Below are positions 25,970-37,014 of a stretch of 64,000 bases of DNA, one piece after another. Origin of the DNA: Sarea resinae. Lineage: Eukaryota. Under the pieces are notes generated by a model, which saw only the letters and a program-made list of their open reading frames with translations, was not told the origin of the DNA and made no database searches. Where the stretch lies: contig JAPEUD010000038.1 in assembly GCA_026026165.1 (NCBI GenBank), positions 62,001 through 126,000 on the forward strand, written 5' to 3'. Both the position numbers and the translations under genes were made by a program. Numbering within the stretch: position 1 is the stretch's first letter; every line of letters begins with the position of its first letter.

Positions 25970-28852
25970 TTGGGCATGAACAAGCGCACGTTGGCCTCGC
26001 CGGCGTTGATGTACTCTGGTTGTCCCCTCACTCATACGGAGGAAGTGCAATCTATGGACGATGGGTCCGTAGAAGTAGCAGACAGACCCTCGAGGGTGAA
26101 GAGGATTTTGTCTGATGACGACGGTGATGATGCAACGGGGGGGATTCGAAAAGTGATGCAATAGGGGAAGACCCTCTCGCACCTGTCTTTGGGGCTACTT
26201 CATACCATAGTACGTTCGCGTGTGATCGCCCACCTACCCGCCCAGCAAAGCCAACTCCTAAGCTAGAATGGAGTGCAAGGCAGCGGGCACGGCGCTCGCC
26301 CAGATACGGACGGACAGAGAGAGTGGGAGTGAGAAGTACGAACTACATACTATGAGTACTTATTACAGTACTGCTGCACCGCACATGGCAACCCGTCCCC
26401 TCGATCCCCAGGAACACACACCCTAGGGACCCGGACCCTCTTTTCCGATCTCCTTGATCTCTCTCTCTGTCTCGGCCCGTCACAAGAATCAGTCGATTAT
26501 GACATTGTGTACTCGATTACATGACAGTGCCGTACTATGTACATTCAATCATATCGAAAAAGGGCCCGTGTGTGTGTGCGTGTGCGTGTGCGTGTGTGTA
26601 CATGGTTCAGTCGTAGAGTAGCAAAGAGGTAATAGCAAAGTAATATGTCATGTCACATCAGCGGAAGAAAATACTTCCCTTGGTCCTCTCGTTCTCTTTT
26701 GACTTTTTACCCTGTACCTTTTTTTTCCCTGCTTCTTTTCCTTTGGGGTTGGCGTTGCGAAATCTCGGTCTGCACTATTATGCAGCCGTGCATATGTATG
26801 GGCTGGATGTCAGTCAGGATCGGCGCGGGCTCCTTTGAATGCACGGGCATGGGTGCGTGCATCGATGGATGCAAGCAGTCTACCTTACTCTACCTGGTCG
26901 AAGACCCCTGGCTGGGCGGATCTGTCAGATTTCTTTCTACTGTACGTCCTACTGCGTAATCCTGCGGGCTCTACCTTTGTACTCTGCATAGGTACGGAGT
27001 AGGCAGGGGCGCTGGGGAACAATGCATGCATCAGGGGTATCAGGGGTATGCAAGAATACTGCATGTGCTGGGGTATGAGTACGCAGGGGTGCCGCTCTTT
27101 CGAACTTTCTCTGGATCGATGCATCTGTCTACCGGAGGGAGTATGAAGTACAGCACGGAGAGTGCTCGACGGAGTACTCGTACTTTCAGGTACCATAGTA
27201 GGGCCTAGCTTGGGATGCCCCTAGCTGAGGTGACTGCTGTGTGGTCGGGTGTCGCCCCAGTAACGCTAGGTATGAATGTCCCATAGACAGCCCGTCGCGA
27301 GATTGGTCTCTGTGGTTTGGATGGTGTCTTCATTGCTGGCCGTCACAATTGGACCTCCGCCGTCAGCTCTGCGACAGGACCGAAAAGACAAAGAGCAATG
27401 ATCGGTGTGATTGGCAGGGCCCGCAGCCCCGACGATGGATCTGATGCAAAGATGCATCGATAATACGACGTAGACGCAAAGACGTACGCAGGACTGCAGT
27501 ACTCCGTACATACATAGTACCTAGTAGTACCCTCTAGGCCCTAGCTCGACCTTGCCTTAGAGCCTTCGACCTGACTCGCTAGCTGGTGGGCGGCGGGACT
27601 CAGCAGGTACGTCGTACCAGGCCGAATGACCGGCGTGGCGATGCCCGCCTGGAGTACTCCGAGGTACCCCCTGGGCCGTGGCGGAGGCGGTTGTCTGCAT
27701 GAATAATTGGCCTACCCCCGTTCGCTGTGTGGTGGCAGGACTACGGTCCTTGGGGTGGCCGCCGTCGCCCTTTGGGGGGCCTCTAAGCCTCTAGCTGGCC
27801 ACTGGCGCCGTCTGCCTGCTGTGTGCTCTGCTGCTGTCCCCGTATGTGTGGTCGATGTAGTATTTCATGATTTCATGTATCAGGACATGGCCCTCGGGCA
27901 AACGGTACCGAGACGAGTCACTTGCCACCGCGGTGGGGAGCAGGTAGCGGACAGGTCCTCGGTACTCATCGACCCGGCACGGTGCTGCACAGACTCCTCC
28001 GACTCCGTACTTGATGCTGCTGCTGTCCTTGCCGCCGCCGCCATCGTGTCGGTTGCGAGGGCTAACGCAGCCTAGTCGGAACTCTCCTTTTTTCTGCTTG
28101 CAGGTAGCGGTACTTTGCCCGTCGCCCGAATGCAGGGCATCCACGCCGTCGTTCGACTTCACGCTCGACGGCGGTACCTCAGGCAGCCGTAGCATCAGCG
28201 TTGTCTCCGTATTTTTCGGAAATTCGTCCCATCCATCCACCATCATTACCTTACGCAGTAGAGCCCAGTATCCTATTCTCATCTATCCCACACCATCCAT
28301 TCGCTTGCTTCCATTCCTGCCATTCCTGCCATGCAGTAAACGTTCGCCATCACCGTTCGACATCGCCATCACCATCATCACCACCACCACCACCAGAATC
28401 ATCAGAATCATCCTGCCTCTGCCCTGCCGATACACGCCTTCGACGACCCTCTCACCGCTCATCAAGCCGCCAAAGAGGTGCAAATCAGTACGGATTATTG
28501 CAGGTCTTGTTTGCTCAAAGACTACCACTACATCCCTTGATTGCTGCCTTACCTTGTGCATATCGTATCCTCACACACACACACACTACTTGCCGTCACC
28601 CTCGTTGTCGTTGTTTGCCTTGCCATCTTCATTCCACGCCTCTCCCTGGCTTGCAGCTCGCGGAGTCGCCTAGACGCCCAACACTCCCTTCATACTTCAA
28701 CGTTCGCCTTCCAGACACCACAACAAACGACGATCCGAATCGTCGACCCTCCTCCATCATCCTGCAGCTTTGCATTTTCATGCCGAGATAATCCCCAACG
28801 CTTGCGCCTTCATCACTACCTACTACATACATCTCTGGAGATCACCGTCAGA

Positions 28853-30196
28853 ATGGGCTACAACACCAGAAGAAAGTCACTCTCTCTTCCATCACTAGGC
28901 ATCCAGCTGCCTCACACCTCCCGCGCTTCCAACCATCGCTCTCCACCCGCCATAGCTCCCGGCGACCAGCCTCCCTCGAAAAAGGTGAAGCGGTCGCATA
29001 GCTCGACGTCGCCGCCTCCCACTGCGAATGCGCCCGCAAGCGCGATCGCTGTGGGTGGTGGACCGTCCGAGAGTCGGGGCCGGGCCTACCAGCATACGCC
29101 TCCGCCATCACCGGGCGAGATCAAGGAGTCGAAGATAGATACGGAAGGGATTCAGGATGAGGTTGTCAGAGGCGTGATAGAGCTGCTGGAGAAGACTGGG
29201 AATCGGCCGCACCTTGCCAAGGAGCTTGGTACGGTGCTGTCGAATAGCTCCAAGGCCGTCGAGAGGTATGGCCGGTCCTTGCGACGCGCAGATGACTCTG
29301 TGCCGTCGGGGTCTCAAAGTGGCATCGCTGATCGATTGTCTAGTTCTGCAAACCCAGCTGGGATGATCTCTTCTCGATTGACTGTCTACCTGCGCCGTCC
29401 CTGGACCGCCCTCTCACCCTGCCCCCTTGCGAAAACATTCTCTACCTCGCATCCCCGGCGGACATACTTCTTTCTCACGACCACTCCACATCAGCCAATC
29501 CCGGAAATCTCAGGAGCTTCCTCCAATCCTCGAATCATCTCCCCATCACTTTCTTCTGCCGACGAAGAAGAGGAGCGTGACGCCCGAACCCGAGCTGCCC
29601 TCTCTCCGTCGCCGGAAATCGATCTTTCTTCCCCGGAACTGGACGACGACGACTCCACGTCGACGGCCGATGGTTCATTCTCGGGCCGTAGCTCGCTGGC
29701 GAGAGACGGCACCCATGCGCCTACATCCCTCAACATCTCTCATAACCATCGGGCGGCCAGCCCACCTCTCGAAGGTGACGAAAGAGAATTCACGCAGACT
29801 GCAAGCTCCATGCAAAAACGTAGCATGAGTCGCGAGAACGATACTCCCAACAATGGCCAGCCCATTGAAAGCACAGAAGGCGAGTCGCAACTCGAGACCG
29901 AGGAGAGTGTTGCGATGAGGAATAGCGAGGCGGCAGCGGCGCTTTTCGGCCACACTCATGCAGGAACAGCACATGTCACCTTCAGCAGCCCCGTAATCAA
30001 ACCTAATACCCTTCATCTTCCGATCTCGGCCAAGAAACCAGTGCTTGATACAGATATTCTGGATATGGACCTCCCAATGAAAAGTCTCGACAATGTCTCC
30101 ATCTTGGAAGAGCATGGCTTCTCTGGATGGGGAAGCGAGATGAATCCGGAGAACATTGAACTCGAGGAACTCGATGATCTCCTCGGCGGCTTCTAG
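28853..30196 (+). CDS. GDS1-like winged-helix protein
   Basis: MGYNTRRKSLSLPSLGI start, HTPPPSP, LEKTGNRPHLAKEL, SANP..ISSRL..YLRRPWTALSPCPL, HPRRTYFFLTT, acidic end PENIELEELDDLLGGF; one 78-nt intron 29266-29343. Confidence 0.8.
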   Translation: MGYNTRRKSLSLPSLGIQLPHTSRASNHRSPPAIAPGDQPPSKKVKRSHSSTSPPPTANAPASAIAVGGGPSESRGRAYQHTPPPSPGEIKESKIDTEGIQDEVVRGVIELLEKTGNRPHLAKELGTVLSNSSKAVERYGRSLRRADDSVPSGSQSGIADRLSSSANPAGMISSRLTVYLRRPWTALSPCPLAKTFSTSHPRRTYFFLTTTPHQPIPEISGASSNPRIISPSLSSADEEEERDARTRAALSPSPEIDLSSPELDDDDSTSTADGSFSGRSSLARDGTHAPTSLNISHNHRAASPPLEGDEREFTQTASSMQKRSMSRENDTPNNGQPIESTEGESQLETEESVAMRNSEAAAALFGHTHAGTAHVTFSSPVIKPNTLHLPISAKKPVLDTDILDMDLPMKSLDNVSILEEHGFSGWGSEMNPENIELEELDDLLGGF

Positions 30197-31567
30197 GCTG
30201 TCGAACATGATCGCTAAGGCGTCGTCTCCTCCGTCTGCTGCCCCCTCTTTTGCTTCTACGCTTCGTGCGTCATTGTTTTTTTAATCAATCTATCACAACT
30301 GCATGTCTTGCCTGACGAGCCCGGTCATGTACTTTCATCGTTGCCTCTTCTCGTCCCACCGGCTTTCCACCCGGTCCATAGAAGAAGAGATTTGATGAAC
30401 ATTTCCACCCTATCATTCTGACACAAGGGGCCGACATGGTCTCGATGCTCGCTAGAGACGATGCTGGACGACAGACAGACAGACAGACACAGCCTGTATC
30501 ACCATCTCCACTCATATGTTGCTTTGTTCGTCGGCGCGTCTGTTTCAGCGTCTGCATGTATTGACTATTTTGGGAATTCATGGGAAGGGGGAAAGGGGCA
30601 AAGATGGGGCGGCGGCTGAGGGCTTGAACCTGATATTGATCCCTTGTACTATTTGCTAGCGAGAAGACAGATGAAATGTATCACACAACACCTCCACCCC
30701 TAAGTGGTGGTGGTTCGGCACAGACAGCTTTGGATCTCGTATCGTGTGATTGAGGTTGTCTTCATCGTGTGATCAGCCTCTCTCGTGGAGGCATGGCATG
30801 TTATACGCCGTCCACGGGTGTTGCCAGCGAGGTTATATGAAGGTGGAGTAAAGCCGGCGTCTCATCGATGATATATATGGCCATGATGATGCCGGTGCGC
30901 GGTCATGAGTTGGATTGTGCATGGTGAGGTGCACTGGTGAGGGGGCTCATGCATAAGTAGTACTGTATTCACTCTACTCCGTACGGTACACGGCAGCTGA
31001 CAGTCAAAGGGCTCAAGCTCTCTTCGGCATCGAGATTGGCCTCGGAGATATGTCGGGGTACGTCTTTCCAGATGACAATGTAGTTGTGAGGGCAATCAAG
31101 ATGTGATGGACGGATGGATCCATCCACGGGGATCAATGATGGCAATTCTGGTTGCAGCATCTGAGAAGATACCGACACTACTCCGTGCATGCTGCCATCT
31201 ACCGAGTGCTGGACTGACTTTCATGTGCGTCGTCATTGGCTGGTCGATTCGTTGCCGAGGCTGGAGAGCTGGCCGGTGGCCGAGAAAGACCACGACTGCA
31301 GTATTGCAGGAGGGCGAGGAAGGAGGGCGGAGAGGAAGGGCCAGACAGGAGTCAGGCCGGAGCGGAGATAGCCAGGGAGCAGGAGCCAAGAGGCAAGAAC
31401 AGAGGAGGCGAGCTGATCATGAATGCCCGCCGCCTCGGACGGATCGACGTCGTCGTGCACATCCCGTTGCTTGCTACCCCACGCCTTCGTCCATGATGCA
31501 TAGCCGAACCGAACATATGTAGATGCCCTTCTTCCTCTTTTCTTTCTTCAGAGCGGCAACCTCGACA

Positions 31568-33571
31568 ATGGCCTCCAAATCTCTCACTGCGCCCTGCATC
31601 AGGCGGGCAGTGGCTCCGTCCGCTCGGTCGCTGCGAGGCCTGACCAGAGCCAATGCGCCCTTCTCCTCCCTTCAACCTGCCCGGCGACGTGGGGGCCTCG
31701 CCCCAGTATACAACAGACCTGCGACTGCTCTGAGTCAGATTCGGGCATTTTCCACCACGCTTCGGACACGACGGGCCGAGGACGACGAATTTGACCCTTC
31801 GATGATCGAGAGGGAGAGCGATGAGGTCGATGTCTGCATTGTCGGTGGCGGTAAGATTCGTTGGGATTCCCCAGAGAGCGGCGCTGATGAATTCACGCAG
31901 GTCCCGCCGGACTGAGCGCCGCCATCCGGCTCAAGCAGCTGGCCAACAAAGCTGGCGATGAGGATTTACGGGTCGTGGTTCTGGAGAAGGCTGGAGAAAT
32001 AGGGGACCATATCCTCTCGGGCAACGTCCTCGAGCCCTCCGCCGTCGACGAATTACTCCCGGACTGGCTGTCCGAAGACAACCCGAATCGATTCGAACAT
32101 GTCACGCCAGCTGCGAAAGACTCCATGAATTTCCTGACCAAATCACGGGCCATCCCCGTTCCCAAGCCGCCACAGATGCACAACCGTGGCAACTACATCA
32201 TCAGTCTGAATCAATTCACAAAGTGGTTGGGCGACCGAGCCGAAGAGCTTGGCGTCGAGGTCTACCCCGGATTTGCCGCATCAGAAGTTCTGTACAAGGC
32301 CGATGGGTCGGTGATGGGGGTGGCTACGAACGATATGGGAATCTCGAGGTCAGGAAAGCCAAAGGACAATTTCGAGCGGGGCATGGAGTTTCACGCCAGG
32401 GTCACCCTCTTTGCTGAGGGATGCCACGGGAGCTTGACCAAGCAGGTCATCAAAAAATACGATCTACGGAGTGACAGTCAACCGCAGACTTACGGGATAG
32501 GGCTGAAAGAGGTGTGGGAGGTAGAGCCCGAAAAGTTCAAGAAAGGGGAGATCGTACACTCGATAGGCTATCCGTTGCCTTCGAACACCTACGGTGGTGC
32601 CTGGATGTACCACTTTGGCGATAACCTCGTCAGCATTGGTCTGGTAGTGGGACTGGACTACCCAAATCCGTGGCTAGCACCCTATGGCGAATTCCAGAAA
32701 TTGAAACATCACCCTCTGTACAAATCTACCCTCGAGGGCGGGAAATGCATCTCATACGGTGCTAGGGCACTTAACGAAGGCGGATTTCAGTCCATTCCGA
32801 AGTGTGCGTTCCCTGGCGGTGCTCTGATAGGCGACACGGCCGGCTTCCTCAATGTTCCCAAGATCAAGGGCACACACACGGCCATGCGCTCTGGCATGCT
32901 TGCTGCCGAAGCTGCCTATTCTGCCCTCGAAGATATCGATGACGGTACCATCTTCCTCTTTGACTACGAAGACAAACTCCGAAAGTCCTCCATCTGGAAG
33001 GAGTTGAAACAAGTGCGCAACATGCGACCCTCATTCAATACGTCTCTGGGCATCTACGGCGGTCTAATGTACTCCGGACTCGAAGCCTTCATCCTCAAGG
33101 GCAAAGAGCCCTGGACCTTCAAGCACGGCCACAGCGACACCGAAGCCACCAAGCTAGCGGACAAATGCAAGAAAATCGAATATCCCAAGCCTGATGGGAA
33201 GATCAGTTTCGATATCCTGACCAGCGTCAGCCGCACGGGCACGAACCACGAAGAAGACCAGCCGGTACATCTCAAGGTCGGCGATCGGGACGAGTGGGCC
33301 AAGAAGGAATGGCCCAAGTATAAAGGATTTGAGAACCGCTTCTGTCCCGCGAGCGTTTACGAGTACATTGAAGATGACACGAAGGATTTGGGTGTCAGGT
33401 TCCAGATCAACGCACAAAAGTAAGTCATTTGCATTCTCATCTCTAGAATGAAGTTCCACGAGCTAATCAGGATTTTCCAGCTGCATCCATTGCAAGACTT
33501 GCGACATCAAGGCCGGCGTCAACTGGACGACGCCACAGGGAGGCGAGGGTCCTAAATATGTCTTGACCTAG
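31568..33571 (+). CDS. CIR2: Mitochondrial electron-transfer flavoprotein:ubiquinone oxidoreductase (ETF-QO)
   Basis: Exons 31568-31850, 31901-33419, 33481-33571. Presequence-like N-terminus, [35 protein letters not shown], 4Fe-4S ligands RFCPA...[11 protein letters not shown]. Confidence 0.96.
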
Positions 33572-34100
33572 TCGTGTCTCCCCTTTGGATAGAAAAAGTT
33601 CCCATGACGAAAACACCACGGAAAGCGCCGACTTCATCGTCGCGATGGCGATAGGCGAAGGTGAAGGGCATCGCCCGTAAATACATATGTGTATATCATT
33701 CTACATATACGACATCTTTCTTCTGCATCTTGGACAAAAGGGTGGTTGGTTGGTTGGTTGGTTTGGTGCGCCAGGGAAGCAATGTTTGGATGTTTGGATG
33801 GATGGCTGAAAGCGCTGGACATGCCACATGTGTATTATATCATCAGTTGGGGCCTGTTCGCACACTGCACAGCCACACCTGTCATCCAATCCCGTAGATC
33901 TCAATTGCACCTACAGCTGGAAGGATTGCCAATACCTACCTTGACCAAAACACTCGGATTCCGATCGAGATACCTAGTAGGTAGTTAGCATCTGAGCAGT
34001 CGCGGCATCGATGTGGCGGCTAACGTGTAACAAGCGAACTAAAATGGGCCGATCGTCTGCCGCCTGACAGTGCACGGGTGGCAGCCACATCCCCCAGCTG

Positions 34101-34162
34101 GAGAGACGAGACGAGACGAGACGAGACGAGACGAGAGGCGAGAGGCGAGAGACGAGAGACGA
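34101..34162 (+). repeat. (GACGA)n/(GAGAGGC)n microsatellite
   Basis: Tandem array upstream of the SR gene, read directly. Confidence 0.85.
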
Positions 34163-34446
34163 AGAGCTCCCCACACAACCTGTCGACTACGATTGCTACT
34201 GCTACTGCCACTGCTACTGCTCCTACCATCACCACTGAAGTCGTGCTCTCGCCAACTTCAACTTCACCTTCACCTTCACCCACCTTTCGCTGGAGGATCC
34301 ATTCACTGTCTTGCTTGGAGACCAGGACTTGTACTTTGCTGTCCTGACACCGTCAAAGGCACCATCGATCTGATCTTGCGTCTCTGGATCACCCATCCCA
34401 GGCATTCCACTTCATCCATCCACTGCTCCAACCACCGCCCTCCATC

Positions 34447-36193
34447 ATGACTGAAGTTTCTTCAACCCGCCTGTATCTGGGCAATCTCCCCCGCAATGGT
34501 ATGCTTGGCCTGTCTTGCCTGGATCCGTCCTGCTTGAAGATGCCCGGTCTTGTCCTTTCGTCGCCCCGCTCGTTATAGCTGCCCAGCTTTAGCTTTCTGG
34601 AACCCCCGCAGGATGGACGGGAATGGAGTGTCCCTTTCAGATGGCTGACTAGAGGCCACAGCCACCAAACAGGATGTCCAAGCCCACTTCGAGACCCATG
34701 GCACCGGCGAGATCACAGAGATCAAGCTGATGAACGGTTTTGGCTTCATCGAGTACAAGGACGCCCTGGATGCTCGAGATGTCGTTCCTGGTAAGAAGCT
34801 TCCCTGTCAAGCGCATACCCAGGACACTGCTCACACTCGCGTCTGCAGCCTTCCGTACGTGCTGACCGAGATCGCAACCCGTCATCCTTTCTAATGAGTT
34901 CCATACAGATGGTACCGATTTCATGGGAGAACGGTTGACCGTTCAATTCGCTCGTGGATCTCGTCCCCGCGACGCGTTTGCTGGTCCGGAACGGATCATG
35001 CCACGTCCCAGGCGCACTCCGTACCGCATGCAGATTTCTGGGCTTCCGGGCGAAACCAGCTGGCAGGTTAGCTAAACTTCCATCTCTTCTTGGCCCTTGG
35101 AATCCTCTCTCTCTGGAGCACTTGACTTTATTGGCATCCCCTCCCACTTGCAGCCCACCGGACCCCTAGACCCTGAGGCCTTTTGGCAACGTGCCCGAAA
35201 GAGATTTCATCTTGGTGCTCGGCTGCCCTTGTCTCGTGTGTTGTCCGTTTGTGGCTGGCCATCATCTGGAGCCGTAAAGGATGGTGCTCCTCTTTCCCTG
35301 TTTTGCTCATGAGCTTTCTTTTTCGGGACGCTGTGGTTTTGGACATTTTCACTTCCAGGAGCATAGTCAAGGCCACATCAAAAGGATCCCTTGGATGGCT
35401 GGCTCATGTATTCCACTGCCTTGGATTCGCACTTTGTGCTCCCGCACCGGGACTGGAATTTGGACTCACGTGGACCTTAGGATCTGAAAGACTTTGCCCG
35501 TCAATCTGGCCTCGATGTTGTGTACTCTGAGACTGGCCGTGACCGCGATGGGAAAGGGTGAGTAGTGCTCTTCATATTTGGTCCTCGTCGCTGACTCTCC
35601 AGCTTCGTCGAATACGAGTCGGCCGCAGACCTGAGGACGGCGGTTGAGAAATTGGACGGCCGTGAATTCAAAGGCTCTCCCGTCCGCTGTGTTGACGATG
35701 TAAGTGCCTCCGTCTCGTCTATGCGATAAACGGACTAACGACTGCAAAGACACAGGAGGAGCGTCCACGCGATCGCAACCGGTCTCGTTCTCCTCCACCA
35801 GGAGGTCGCCGCGGATGGGCTCCAGGCGGAGATGATTACTACGACCGTCGGGGCCCTCGAGGTGGCTACAGCCCGCGTCGCCACGATTACCGCGAACGCT
35901 CTCCCCCGCCTCGTCGTGACTACTACTACGACTCTCGCGACCGTGGCTATCGCTCTCCCCCGGCTCGTGGTCCCCGTGGCGGCCCACCGGATGACTTCCC
36001 ACCGGCGCGTCGCCCTTATCCGGATGAACCATACCCGCCCCGCCGAGGTGGCTATGAACCTGAACCGTATGCCAATGGCCATGCGAGACCTTATGACCGT
36101 CCATCGCCGCCGCCGAGGAGAGCGAGGAGCCCTGGCCGTGGATATGATGGCGGCTATGAGCGGAGAGGGGGCGGGGGAGGTGGTTATTGGTAA
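34447..36193 (+). CDS. Two-RRM SR-type pre-mRNA splicing factor (Srp2/Npl3/SRSF4-5-6-like)
   Basis: Exons 34447-34498, 34662-34790, 34849-34854, 34909-35066, 35481-35557, 35603-35699, 35750 (or 35756)-36193. RLYLGNL, GFGFIEY, SWQDLKD signature of the SR pseudo-RRM, RS/RG/SP-rich tail. Missed by the ORF track because it is so fragmented. Confidence 0.93.
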
Positions 36194-37014
36194 ACATTCT
36201 TTTCTTTTCGTGCCGTGGCATCGATTCCGGCACCCGCTTACCGTGTCAGAAACCTTACGCATACGTCAGCTTTGTGTGAGACACCAACCCAGTCATTGTC
36301 GGCTGTCCCGTGGATGACGGTTGATTGAACCAGAATTGGCTGAAATTGCCTGGGTTTCGAAATTGCCTGTGTGCCTCTGCTGTTTGCTCTCTACCCTTCT
36401 CTTCATGTCTCATTAATCCTCGACTTGTTTCGCTTTGTCCACGTTGTCTTCTGTCCATCCCATCTACGAAATCGCTGGCATGACCTATGTTATCGTATTA
36501 CTCCAAGGTTCGTGAGGGGATGGAGGAGGGTGAAAGGAAGTCTTTGTACGTTTGCTACGAGGAATACTAAATGCTTTATGCCTATGCGTATCTTGTCTGA
36601 GGGTTCGAAATGGGAATGACTATGCGTACGTGTGAAAGGAGTGAATGGACAGGATATGATTGGAATGATATATCGCGTAATTCTGATCCTCCTTGCTACC
36701 GCTGGGGCTCTTGGTCTGCAGCATGCCCGTCTTGCCTCGGCTGAAGCTGTTGCCGTAGCTGGACTGGGTACCTAGCTCAAAGTATCTCGACGAACAAGGT
36801 GATGCGAGCCGAGACTTGTTGCCATGTACACAGTACCACCGCCTACTACTGCTTCCCCACACGCTTGTTCTCGGGCTTTGAATGCATTGCAGCTCACACA
36901 TCGACATCATCGGCTCCGTTGGCTTCACTTGGGGGTAGATCCGATCAGATATCCATCAACCAAATCATATTCTTCTCCCATAAATGCGCGGAATATCCGC
37001 TTGAGCTACTCAAG

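Noticed and set aside
35466..36317. Long antisense and alternative-frame ORFs (255, 175 and 161 aa) over the SR gene
   Set aside because: Explained by the GC-rich repetitive RS/RG tail; no independent gene signals.
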